Under the pieces are notes generated by a model. That model did no database searches. It saw nothing but the letters and a program-made list of their open reading frames with translations, and was not told the origin of the DNA. 33,168 nucleotides of DNA, from NCBI GenBank assembly GCA_001724265.1, contig MEDY01000332.1, positions 1-33,168 on the forward strand. Reading direction: 5' to 3'. Position numbers and translations under genes: made by a program. Positions within the stretch are counted from its first letter, which is position 1. The number at the start of each line of letters is the position of its first letter. Origin of the DNA: Rhizaria sp. SCN 62-66. Taxonomy: Eukaryota. Positions 19,390-31,100 of the stretch are shown here, piece by piece.

Positions 19390-20272
19390 GCGGCGCGCTC
19401 GCTTCCGCGTGCTCTAGAGCAGGGAGCAGCAATAGTACACAGCAGCGGCGACCGAGCCTAGTGAACTGTGATTGTTTCCGCTCTGGAGAAGCGCATATCT
19501 ATGATGCTATCTATTGGCTCGCGTTGGGGTTCACCGCCGCCGTTTTGCGTCGCCGCTTTCTCTGCCGCGCTCGCCGTGCTCCTGCTCGTGCGTGGGCGTG
19601 TTTGTGGTGAGGACGCACACTTGACAGGGCCCACGGTCAGTTCACGACTTTCGGGAGATACCGTGTCTCGAAGGCGCGTGACGTGTTTACATATTACCAA
19701 TAAAGCTATATCTCTTAGTTTAAACTTTGCTAAAATAGACTTTTCAATCTCTCTCAGCTCTACGCACAGTCGCAATAACGCGAAAGGTGCTCCCCACCAC
19801 AGTTGCCTGAACCAAAACAGGCGAACGACGTGGCTGCGAAGGACTAAAGCGTGCGCCTTACAGCAGACCTCGCATGCTCTTCATAAGCGTATTGACGCAA
19901 TTTCTTACATGTTAGAAGATGAGTTGCACGTTGATTGAACTTGTATTTTAATTATATCGAGTGACACAGCTTGCTGTGGAGCGTTAATGCGCTTCATGCG
20001 TTGGCTCGTTTCAACTCTCGCGTCATCACACTTTGCATTCAAGCTACGCCGCGCGGCTCCTGGTGGCCTGCATTGGATGTGAATGCTTTATGCAGCACCT
20101 TTCGCAATGGTTCATATCTAGTTTACATGGTTTCAGACTCAGATACGCTCAAGAACGCCGCAAATGATTCCATCCTCTCCTTCACCTTTCTATGCACCCT
20201 CACCTCCTTCTCTAATTCTGATTTCGCGTATTTGCTTCATCTTGTCCCCAGCCTCGGGCCGGTTTCACACCC

Positions 20273-23183
20273 ATGCCCCGCGGTTCCAAGCAGCCCGGCA
20301 AGCCCGGCAACCCGGGTGCCGAGCAGAAGAAGCCCCTTCTGGCGACCGACAGCTCCGACCCCGTCGCTTATGGCTCAGACTCCAACGCCGGCAACATCAA
20401 CAGCACGCCGTCGAACAACAGCAGCAGCGCCGCGTCGCGCGCGCTCAACACGGGCGGCTTTGTGCCGATTGCGGGCGAGGACCGCGCGACCGACTTCCCG
20501 CACAGCGTCGAGTACGTCGAGGGCGATGCGCAGCCCTTCCGCGTCGCGCCGCCCTCGGCCACGCACGCGGGTGGTGCCGGCGCCGGCAGCAGCAGCCTCG
20601 CCGCCGCCGCCACCGAGCCCGTCTCGATGTCCGCGCTCTCGTCCGGCGGCAAGCCCGGCGACCACGGCCTTGGCGGCGAGCACAGCGTGCTGCTTGAGGA
20701 CGGCGAGGACAGCAGCGGCATGGGCCCGCAAATGCAGTACGCTGACGCGGCCGCGCACGGCGCCACGGAGCCCGGCGCGGGGAGCTGGGAGGCGCGCCTG
20801 CAGTACATGAAGTACTACCTGGCCATCGCAATGTGGCTGCCCAAGTATAACTGGCGCGACCGCCTGCTGGGCGACATGGTCGCCGGCCTTTCGATCGGCG
20901 CCATGCTCATCCCCCAGGTACGTCCGCGTGACCACGTGATCTGTGACAAACACAGTGCCTCGATGCGTTATCCATAATATGGACACGCACAGAGGACACT
21001 CGCGACCGAGGTCTTAGTTTGAGCTACAATTTAATTAGATGACGAACACAAACGCCGATGTCTCACATATTGTTGTTACGTGCTCTCTTTCTTTCTATCT
21101 TCCTTCTCTTGTTTAGGCAATCGCGTACGGCTCGATCGTGGGCGTGTCGCCAATGTACGGGCTGGTGACGGCCTTCTTCCCCTCGCTCATCTACTTCCTG
21201 CTGGGTCACTCGCCGATTCTAACCGTGGGCCCCGAGGCCACGACGTCGATGATGCTCGGCCAGGCCATTCTGGCGCTGCCCGAGATCAAGGCCGCGCAGG
21301 TATGTGCTCGCTTCACCGTTCCACTACACTACTCATGCATGCGCACTTGCACTGAAGCTTCTTATCTTCATTATAGTGATACGTGCGAGGTCTTAATGCT
21401 GCCATTTTCATACTTTTTCAAACGCAAGATCGAGCTGTATATACCTCACATATTCCTCTTTTTTTCTTCTTCTTGTTTCCTTTCCTTGCTCCCCGCACCC
21501 TAGGACGCCGGCGAAGACATCGGGCCCAAGGTGCTTCTGGCGGCCGGCGCGATCACGCTGCTGGCCGGCGTCTTCACGCTGCTGCTGGGCCTGCTGCGCC
21601 TCGGCTTCGTCGACTCGGTCTTCTCGCGGCCCGTGCTCTCTGGCTTCGTGTGCGCCGTCGGTATGCTGCTGCTGCTGGACCAGACGCCTAAGATCCTCGG
21701 CCTGCCCCCCTGCCACGACTGCCACGACGAGTTCACGCCCTCCAAGTTCCGCTACTTGTGGCGCCACCTGGTGGTGAACTTCAACGTGCAGTGGCAGACG
21801 GCGCTCATCGGCATCTCGTGCGTCGCCTTCCTCTTCGCTATGGCGCACATCAAGAAGAAGTTCAACAAGAACAAGGTGCTGCCGCTGGTGCCGCACATCT
21901 TCCTCATGGTCGTCACCGTCATCATCATCTCCTGGGCCTGCGACCTCAAGCACTCCAAGGTCCGCGTGCTGGGTGGCAGCGACTCGTCCTTCCCCGCGCC
22001 GCGCCTGCCGTCGATCAATAGCTCCAACATCTCCGGCTACCTCACCGCCGCCATCTCCATCTCGGTCCTGGGCTTCGTCGAGACGCACCTCATCAACAAG
22101 GTCATGCCCGAGTCCGGGCTGGTGTCGCCCAACCGCGAGCTCGTCGCTCTGGGCTGCATGCACCTCGTCAGCTCCGTCTTCGGCGGCTATACGGCCTACG
22201 GCTCGCTCGCGCGCACGCGCGTGTCCGTCTCGGCGGGCGCCACCTCGGCCTTCACCGTGCTCGCCGGCGCCATCATGGTCCTCTTCGCCATGGTCTTCTT
22301 CATGGGCGCCTTCGCGCTGCTACCCGTTGCCGTGCCCGCCGCCATCATCTTCTTCGTCGGCTTCGGGCTGCTCGAGTTCCACGAGCTCGTGCTGTGCTAC
22401 CAGATGAAGCAGTGGATGGACTTCGGACTCGCCGTCGCCATGGTCCTCGTCACCTACCTCTTCAACGTCGACATCGGCATCATGTTCGCCTTCGGCTCCT
22501 GCCTGTTGCTGCTCATCAAGCAACAGAAGCGCCCTGCCGTGCGCCTCATGGGCCGCGTCCACACCAAGCCCCAGGCCGCCACCGACGGCTCCGCGGTCGG
22601 TGGCGGCGGCGACCGCCGCTCGCGCGTTCACTACGGCGGCGGCGGCGCGGCGGCCGAGGCCGAGGACGCCGCGGGCGCGGCCGCGGAGCCCTACTACGAG
22701 GTCGCCGAGGGTACGAACCTGCACGCGGAGGAGCTCGAGGGCGTGCTGATTTACCAGATCGACGGCCCGCTCTTCTTCTCCAACGCCGAGGGGCTCAAGG
22801 ACCGCACGCGACGCATCGAGTACTTCGGCAACGTCGTCTCGCACCCGTCCGAGCCCGTCAAGCCGCTCGCGCTCAAGGGCATCATCTTCGACCTCACGGC
22901 CGTGACGTCGATCGACTCGTCGGCGTCGCAGGTGATTAAGGAGATCATCGACGACTACAACAAGCGCGGCGTGCCCGTGTACATCGTCAAGCTGCGCCGC
23001 TCGCTGTACGAGACCTTCGTGGCCGCGGGCATCATCGCCTCGCTGGGCCAGGAGAAGCTCGTGCGCGACATCGCCACCGCGGTCGCCGGGCTCGAGGCCT
23101 CGCTCGACGCCAGGCACGACGCCGAGGCCGCCGCCGCCGCAGCCGCGCGCGCCGCCGTCGCCAACGCCGTCTCAAACGCCTAA
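20273..23183 (+). CDS. SLC26/SulP family anion transporter with C-terminal STAS domain; exons 20273-20917, 21117-21299, 21504-23183 (835 aa)
   Basis: Spliced translation gives WLPKYNW...GDMVAGLSIGAMLIPQ|AIAYGSIVGVSPMYGL...LGHSPILTVGPEA...LRLGFVDSVFSRPVLSGF...PNRELVALG...GSLARTRV, then STAS IDGPLFFSNA...IIFDLTAVTSIDSSA. Both introns are phase 0 with GTACGT/GTATGT donors and pyrimidine-TAG acceptors. Ends TAA. Confidence 0.93.
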
Positions 23184-23686
23184 GCGCGCACGCGTGCACG
23201 CATGGGCGCGCTCGCGTCCGCGGGGACGCGTCATTGCAGTGTATACTGTTCGCTGAGCGCTGAGTGAGTGAACAACGAGTGTGTCGCAAAGCTCAGTGCG
23301 TTACAGTAAATAGTCCGTGCGTGCAAGAGCGTGGCTTTTGCGGCGCGGACGTATTATCTATCAGGAATGAATGAATTAGTAGTTGTGTGATTATATAATA
23401 TTGTGGTTGGGTTTAATAGTGAGACAAACCGGAATTAGAACCAATAATACACGTATTACCAGTATTTAAATAAGATCAAACACCCTACGTATACGTTGAG
23501 CTGAAGTGACCTTTTGATGGTGACAAAATGAGAGTTGTATTGTTCAGATGATCGCGAGACTAAATAGGCGTTCATGATTAATAACTCGTACCTACAGTGT
23601 CAGTTTGTAAGCAGCATATATGAGCTTTAAGAAATCATGACCCTGCTCATTCTAAGTAGCAGAAGTTTTGTCGTCTATCTAACATG

Positions 23687-23714
23687 GCACGCCTCGTAAA
23701 GCACGCCTCGTAAA
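23687..23714. repeat. Perfect 14-bp tandem duplication (GCACGCCTCGTAAA x2)
   Basis: Directly visible at 23687-23700 and 23701-23714. Confidence 0.92.
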
Positions 23715-23885
23715 GTAAGAAGTGGGCTAAGTGTTGTCGTCGTTTCACAGCAATCCGGCGCCGCAGCAGAATCATCATCAGCAACAGCAAGAATCCCATA
23801 TGTCCAGAGATCGTGGTCGCTTTAGTGATGCAATGGTGGTGCGATCACCGGCACAGCCACCGTCGCTGTCCCCTTGCTGTCGTGT

Positions 23886-25025
23886 TCAAGCTTCCACGAC
23901 CGCCGCGGCCACCGCAGGGGCGGCCACAGCGGCCACAGTCACCGCAGCAGCATCGGCTACAGCAGCCGCGGCAGCAGTGCTCGGCCACGACGCGGTGTCG
24001 GCGCTGTTGGGGCCGTGGGTCAGCGGCGGCAGGGTCACCACCCGCGCCTGCTCGCACGCGCTGCGGAACTCCCCCGTGGCCGTGACTGAAGCAGCAACAG
24101 CGGCGGCGGATGCTGGCGCGGTGGTGGGGCGCGCGTGCGTGTAGTAGCCGTTGCTGCCGCCGCCCGCGCCCGTGACGTAGCCCGTGTTGCGGTAGTCGTA
24201 GCTGCTGAAGCCCTTGCGCAGCGGCCCCTCGGCCGCGGCGTCGCGCGGCCCGCGCGTCTGCTGCGCGACCGTGGGCACGGGCAGCCCCGTGAGCAGGTCG
24301 TGTGGCCGCCCGCGCGTCTCCAGCTCGCGCAGGCGCTGGCGGCGCGCGGCGCCGTCGGGCGGCGGCGGCGGGACGAAGAGGCGCGCCATCTGCGTGCGCA
24401 GGTCGCCCAGGTGCTGCGCCGCCGCCACGCAGTCCGCGGGGGCCGGCTTGCGGCGCGGGCGCAACGCGGGGGCCTCCGCGGGCACAGCCATTGCGGGGGC
24501 CAACAGCGCCCACCGACGCTCGGCCGCGCTGCTGTTGCTATTGCTATTTGTGTTGCTGTTACTGCAACTACCGTCAGCGTCGGCCGCCGAGGAGGTGACG
24601 TTGTCGCTTGCAGCTGCGTCGCCGGCGTCAGAGGAGTATGCGTGGGCAAGACAGCCACGCGCACCGGCGCGGGCGCAGGCCCCGTGGCGCAGCTCGTGGG
24701 GCAGGCGCGCGGGCACGGGCCCGAAGCGCGCGGGCTGCGACGGGAACTGGGCGGACTGCACGGGCGCGTGCGCGGGCGGGGGAGCCGCCGCGTAGCGCAC
24801 GCGGCCCGTCAGCGCGCGCGGCAGTGGCGCGCGCGGCACGGGGTCAAAGTACTGCTGCAGAGAGTGATACTCGGCGGAGAATGGCTGTGCAGAAGACAAA
24901 CGTGGACATGAAGAAACGCTCGGTGAGCATTGGGTCCGCTGGACGCGACACCGTCCTCAATGAAGGGAATATAATTTAAGGAACAATTAAACACAATATA
25001 TAACGATGCGTACCTTCTTAATCAT
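23886..25025 (-). CDS. Hypothetical protein (336 aa); exons 25025-25014 (MIKK) and 24884-23886
   Basis: Minus strand reads CAACAACA ATG ATT AAG AAG|GTACGC ... TTTGTCTTCTGCACAG|CCA TTC TCC GCC GAG TAT, an in-frame phase-0 join to the track's 337-aa ORF (whose TTG start lies in the intron). Gives MIKKPFSAEYHSLQQYFDPVPR... Ends TGA. Confidence 0.7.
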
Positions 25026-25471
25026 TGTTGTTGACGATGAGCCTATCGCACAGGGGACGAATTCAGGGAGCTGGACTGGTCACTGACTCGCGAGTTTTTT
25101 CGGCCCAGTCGCCCGAGATGACCGTGAGCACATCGACTGGAGGCTAGCGCACGAGGTCGGGGTGAGGTCGAACGAGATGGTGATTTTCGCAACGAAGAAC
25201 GTTCAGATAGACGTAGCTTTGATTTATTGAGCTTTTACCTCAGTTTTATTCTTTTAATTTCTCTCATTTTCTGCACCACGTCTCTTGAGCACGAGATGAG
25301 AACGGCTAAGGGCCGCCAAGTGACGTCGTCGGTGTTGAAAGATATTTCCTTTTCATCTCGCGTTTTTTGATTTCCTGCCACACTCTCGAGCCTTCTGCGC
25401 ATATCTTGCCGATTCTTCCGGTCTCTCACCACCACTTTGTCTTGTTTTCCGCCCTTTCACCTGCTTCAAAG

Positions 25472-27448
25472 ATGTCCATCAAGCCTCCCGTTGTGCTGGA
25501 TAATGGTACTGGGTACGTCCTTGCTCCCCTTTCTCCCCGCCTCTCGTCCGCAGCCCCCGCGCGTCGCGCGCCCATCACCGCGGCGCCCCGACCTGCCTCC
25601 CGACCCGCTCTACCCCCGCACCGCTTGCGTTCTTCGCGCCCGCCGCGCCTTGGCCCGCCCCAGGGCTCGGGAAATGGCCCCGCCGTCTCGTTCTTGTCTG
25701 AGTGAGGAGGCGGTGGCAGGCGCGCTCCCAGCCCACAAAGAGCCCTCAGCACGAGCGCTGCCCCTCCCTTGCGCCCCTTTCCTGCGCGCCGCCATCATAC
25801 TGTTAGCGCTCAATTTCGCAAGAGCTACACTCACAACTCTTCTTTTTACATCATCTTTTATTTCGTTTGCTCCTGCTTGCGTCTATCTTGCTTGCGATCT
25901 ATTCCTCTGGAATCGACACTTCGCTCGTGCACTCAAATCAACTCTCCTCTCGTATCTTTTTGTTTGCTGCCACAGCTTCACGAAGCTGGGTTACGCGGGC
26001 AACTTCGAGCCCAGCGCGCTGATCCCGACGTTTATCTCGACGGTGTCCCAGCGCGTGGCGGACAAGAAGGACGATGCCGAGGACCTCGACTTCTTCATCG
26101 GCCACGACGCCACCATCAAGCGCCCTAACTACAACGTCGACTACCCCATCCGCGAGGGTGTGGTGTCCAACTGGGACAACATGGAGAAGTACCTCCAGCG
26201 CTGCATCTACCAGCACCTGCGCGCGGACCCCGAGGAGCACTACTTCCTCATGACCGAGCCCCCGCTCAACTCACCCGAGAACCGCGAGTACACGGCCGAG
26301 ATCATGTTCGAGACCTTCAACGTCCCCGGCCTCTACATCGCCGTCCAGGTACGTATAACCAAACAGAACAACTCATTAGTCGTGTGTATCTCACCTACTA
26401 TTATTTCATCACATAGATTGTTGCTGAGCCATATCTCACTCGATTACATCTCTTTTTCCTCTCCCTTCTCTCTCTTAGGCCGTGCTGGCGCTGTGCGCGT
26501 CGAAGCTGTCGACCAAGGAGGGCCGCTCCACGTCCGAGGTGACGGGCACGGTCATCGACTCCGGTGACGGTGTGACGCACATCGTGCCCGTTGTGTCCGG
26601 CTACGTGATCGGCTCGTGCATCAAGCACATCCCGCTGGCCGGCCGCACCATCACCGACTTCATCGCCGAGCAGCTGCGCAACCGCGGCGAGCCGGTGCCG
26701 CCGGACCAGATCCTCGACGTGTCGCGCCGCATCAAGGAGATGCACTGCTACGTGTGCCCCGACCTGGTCAAGGAGTACGGCAAGTACGACGCGCAGCCCG
26801 ACAAGCACTTCGTCACTTACGAGGGCGCCGACACCAAGACCAAGAAGCCCTTCACCGTTGACATCGGCTATGAGCGCTTCCTGGGCCCCGAGCTCTTCTT
26901 CAATCCCGAGATCTTCTCCTCGGACTTCTCCACCCCGCTGCCTGACCTCATCGACCAGGTCGTGCAGGCCTGCCCCATTGACACGCGCAAGAAGCTCTAC
27001 TCGTACATCACGCTCTCCGGCGGCTCCACCATGTACAAGAACTTCACGCGCCGCATCGAGCGCGACCTCACCAAGAAGGTCAAGGAGCGTCACGACAAGA
27101 ACATCGCGGCCTTCCCCGACATGGACCTCAAGATGCTCGACGTCAATGTCATCACGCACCCTTTCCAGCGCTTCGCCGTCTGGTTCGGCGGCTCCATGCT
27201 CGCCGCGCAGCCCGACGTCATCAAGTCCTTCCACACCCGGTACGCCGCCTGTCACGATAGTATCGCACACAACATCTACAAACTGCGCAGTTATTTCACT
27301 GTCATACTCCCACAAGTGTCTCACCTATACGCTCACAACACGTTTTCTTATGTTCTTTTGTTCTTTGTTCTCTTCGTTGTACAGTGCGGACTACCTCGAG
27401 CACGGTCCCCGCATCGCCCGCACCAACCCCGTCTTCCAGTCCCTCTAA
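25472..27448 (+). CDS. ARP3: Actin-related protein 3 (Arp2/3 complex); exons 25472-25512, 25976-26348, 26479-27239, 27385-27448 (412 aa)
   Basis: Spliced translation gives [26 protein letters not shown]...DLDFFIG...[42 protein letters not shown]...[31 protein letters not shown]...[15 protein letters not shown]...[13 protein letters not shown]...[20 protein letters not shown]. All introns are GTACGY...YAG and the exon total of 1239 nt is in frame. Ends TAA. Confidence 0.97.
25663..25740 (+). ncRNA. Candidate intronic H/ACA-like hairpin RNA in Arp3 intron 1
   Basis: Manual fold: lower stem GGGCT(C)GGGA/TCCCAGCCC, an internal loop, upper stem GCCCCGCCGTCTC/GAGGAGGCGGTGGC, immediately followed by ACA (25735-25737). 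Confidence 0.35.
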
Positions 27449-28192
27449 GCGCTCCCTCGACAAGGGCTTCTCTCGGCGCCTCCTGCGCCGCGAGCAGCGC
27501 GTGAGACTGAGACGTTGGTGTTGTCGGTCGTTGGTAATTGTGAGTCAGTGAAATGAGTGATTAAAGTTTGGTTTGGTTTTTTGATAATATTGATATCTAT
27601 CAATTGTATACTACGCGAAGAGACACGGCAGGCAGGCGGACGCGGGCACGGGGCGAAAGCTGCGCGCGCTCGAGCAAATGAACAAACAAACAACAATGTA
27701 AATAGCGGCACGGCGCGCAGTGCAGCGACTACGTCAGCATGGTAGTAACAACATGAGGACGGTCGCTGCGTGCGCGGAGTGCGACAAAAAAACAAACAAT
27801 TTCTTTATAAACATATCTTAAATACATATGTACATGCATCAATTACTCTTTACACGTTGTGCAAGACCTGATTAAATCGAATACGTGCCATGCCGCAAGC
27901 TCACCATTTGCCACCACAAACGAGTTTTGAGCGTTTGAGAGTACAACGAGTTTGTTAAGCCCAGCCGTTTGAGCTATATCATCTGTCCACGCGTGTCTCT
28001 GTCAGATATACGATAGATGCGTTAACATAAAACGAATTTCTCTTTTAATGCAACTCAGTATTGTCTTATCACGCCGCATATCTCCTTGCCATTTTTGCAT
28101 CGCGGTTGGTCCCTACTCGTCATCAGCACCCACCCAGTCCCTCCTCTCGCCTGCGCCCTCAGCGCCCGCGTCAGCCTCTTTTCCGCGCCCGG

Positions 28193-31100
28193 ATGTCTTC
28201 TCCGCCCTCGCGCTTTTCCGCGCCCGCGCCCGTGTCGCGCGCGCGCCGTTTCTTCTCGCCCCTGGCCGACGGCAGCGGCGACTTGGGCGACCAGGACGCC
28301 GCCGCGCTGCCCTCGGCCGCCGTCGCCGAGCTCGCACCCACGCAGCTCTCCGTCGGTTACGCGTCCGCCTTCCTCCGCGCAGCCTTTCTGCTTGACCTCT
28401 TTGCCAAGGTACGGCTCAGCTACAGCTGCTGTCTTGATGCTGCTGTGTGCAGGCTACTCTTCCGGATGCGAAGCGTGAGCTTAGCAGATTTTGCGATTCT
28501 TAATTCTGCGTTCCGCGATGCAGCTATCTCACAATCACAACATTGTCTATCTTTACGCTTGTTGACGTTTATTTGTTATAACTTGTCTTGCTTTCCGACC
28601 TTCTGCCATATGCTACATTGAACTACGCTTCTCGCCAATCACTCTGTGTGCCCCTGTTTCACTTTGTCTGTACCTGCTCCCCCTCTCGCTTTCGCTCTTA
28701 CCCCGCGCGCGCGCACAGTCTGGCCCGCACGCCGTGGTGACGTATCTCTACCACAAGGCCGTCACATGCGTTATTGGCCCCGCAATGCACTACGACGCCA
28801 GCGACGTCACCAGCACTCGCGCTAGCGCAGTCACAGACGGCAGCTGCGCCAGCGGCGAGGGCAGCGGCGCCGCCGCCGTCGACAGCCCACGACTCTACCT
28901 CATCGACCGGCACCATACGTGTCTTGCGCTCGCCATTGCCGCGGCCGCAGACTCCGCCTCCGTCCCGCGCAACAGCGCCAACACTGGCGGGGCCGCTGCT
29001 GTCGGTCCGTTCACGGCGACCGTGTTCCCGCTCGTCTCAGCGCTGTCGTCGGGCCACCCCCTCGGCGGCCTTGGCCTCACCGCCGCCGCCGACCCCGACG
29101 CCGCCGCCGACGGCAGCGCGGGCATGATTGCGGGCGTGGGCGCGGGCGGGGGCGCGCGGAGCGCCAGCGGCAGCGCGGGCGGGTCCTGCAGCCAGTGCGG
29201 CCGCCGGCGCTGCACCAGCGTGACCGCCGCGCTCGCGTTCGCGGCCGCCACCGCCGAGGCAAACGCCGCTGCACTCCAACAGCCGCAACAGCCGCAACAG
29301 CAGAAGCAGCAGCAGCAGCCTAGTCGGCGGCGGCCGCTAAGTCTCGATGGTGACGGCAACAAAGCCGAAACGAACGATGACAAGCCGCGCAGCCGGCGGC
29401 CGTCGCCCCCGTCGTCGCAGCAGCGCTCGCTCTTGGACGGGGGCAGCGGCAACGACCACGATGCGAGTGGTGCTGGCGACGAAGGCGCTCTCTCCAGCCT
29501 CCCCCCTCTTCCCGCGGCCACTGCCACGGCGGCTGCAACAGCGACCGCCGCTGCGCCTGCGACGGTGCAGTACTGCGTGTGCCCGCGCGCGTTTGTGTCG
29601 CTAACGGACGACCTTTCCTGGCTGGCGCCCGCGGACTTCTTTTCTCAGCTGCGCGCGCGCGGCTATGCGGCCCCCGTCGACGTCGACGCCGTGCCCGTGC
29701 CCGCCGCCCCCGCCGCGGCCCCCGCCGCCGCGCTCACGTCAGCGGCGGCGGCGTCGGTCGCTGCGGTGTCGGTCGCGGCGCGGCCCCCGTTGCGTTCGCT
29801 CTTCACGCTCCCTGACGCGCCCTTCAAGTCGCTCTCGTGGGCCGTGCGCCACCGCGCGCCTGCGCTGGGCGGGCCGGGCTATACGCTGCCGTCGTGGCGC
29901 TTCGTGCACGCGTCCACGTCCTGGGCCACGTATCTGCACCGCGCCTGGCCCGGCGTGCTGGGCCGCGACTGCGCCGCGCTGGCGCTGCCCGCGCGCGCCG
30001 CGCCTGCCGCCGCCGCCGCCGTTACGGTCGCCACAGGCGTCCCTGGCGGCGGCAGCGGCAGCAGCAGGGTCACACGCGCCGCGCTCGAGGCGCTCGTCGC
30101 CCGCCTCGGGCCCGTCGTCACGCTGCGCAGTGACAGATACAGCAACAGCAATTGCAACAGCAGCAGCAGCAGCAGCGGTGCGAACGCTGTATCGACTGCA
30201 GAGACTGCGACTGCGCCAGCGAGTGCGTCTGCGACCGAGTGCTCGGCCGTGCGCGGCGCGCTGCGGCTGCTGGTGGCGGGCCCGCTGTGGTGGCCCGAGC
30301 TGGCGCCCGCCGCGGTCGACGCGGGTGCCGAGCTCTGCCTGCTGCCGCTCGCGCGCTGCATGCCGGGCTTCGTCGGCAGCGCCGGCGCCAGCGCGGGCTC
30401 CGCGGCCACGGCCGCCGTCGCCGCACTCACGCACGCCACCGGCGCCGCGGTCACCGGCGCGGCGGACGCTGCTGAGGCGGGCGCGCTTTCTGCGGCTGGT
30501 TCACGGACGTCGGGGACCCCCGTCGCCGCCCTGGACCGAAACGAACCCGACGCCACTGCCGCTGCCGCTGCTGCTGCCACGGCTGCCGCGGACGCGGTGC
30601 GCGAGGTGATTGAGAGCGACGTGTCGCTCAAGGTCACGCTGCCGCCGGAGCTGCTTTCGCGCTTCCCCACCGCGGGACCGGCCGCGGGCTCAGTCGCTGA
30701 GGCGGCGCAGGCTGCGGCCGCGGGCTCTGGCGCTGACGCGCAGGCCGCGCGGAGTATGGCCAGGGGCATGCGCGGCGCGGCCTCGGCCGGCAACCTGGTC
30801 GAGCTGGCCGCTCACAGTCACCTCGCTGCTCACGGTCACCCGAGCCACCACAGTCACAACGCGAGCGTGGACGCCGGCAGCAGCAGCAGCAGTCTCGGCT
30901 CACTGCTCCTCGATACAGCCCTTCCGCAGTCGCTGTCGCAGTCTCAGGTGCAGCCGTTGCCGGTCCCCGGGCTCGGCAAGCCCCCCTCCCCGACCGCGGT
31001 GGCGGCGGCGGCGGCGGACGGTCTCTTCAGCCCCAGCGGCGGCGTCCCGCGGCCCTCACCGTCGCCGACCTTCTCCACCGCCTCCGGCGCGGGCTCCGTG

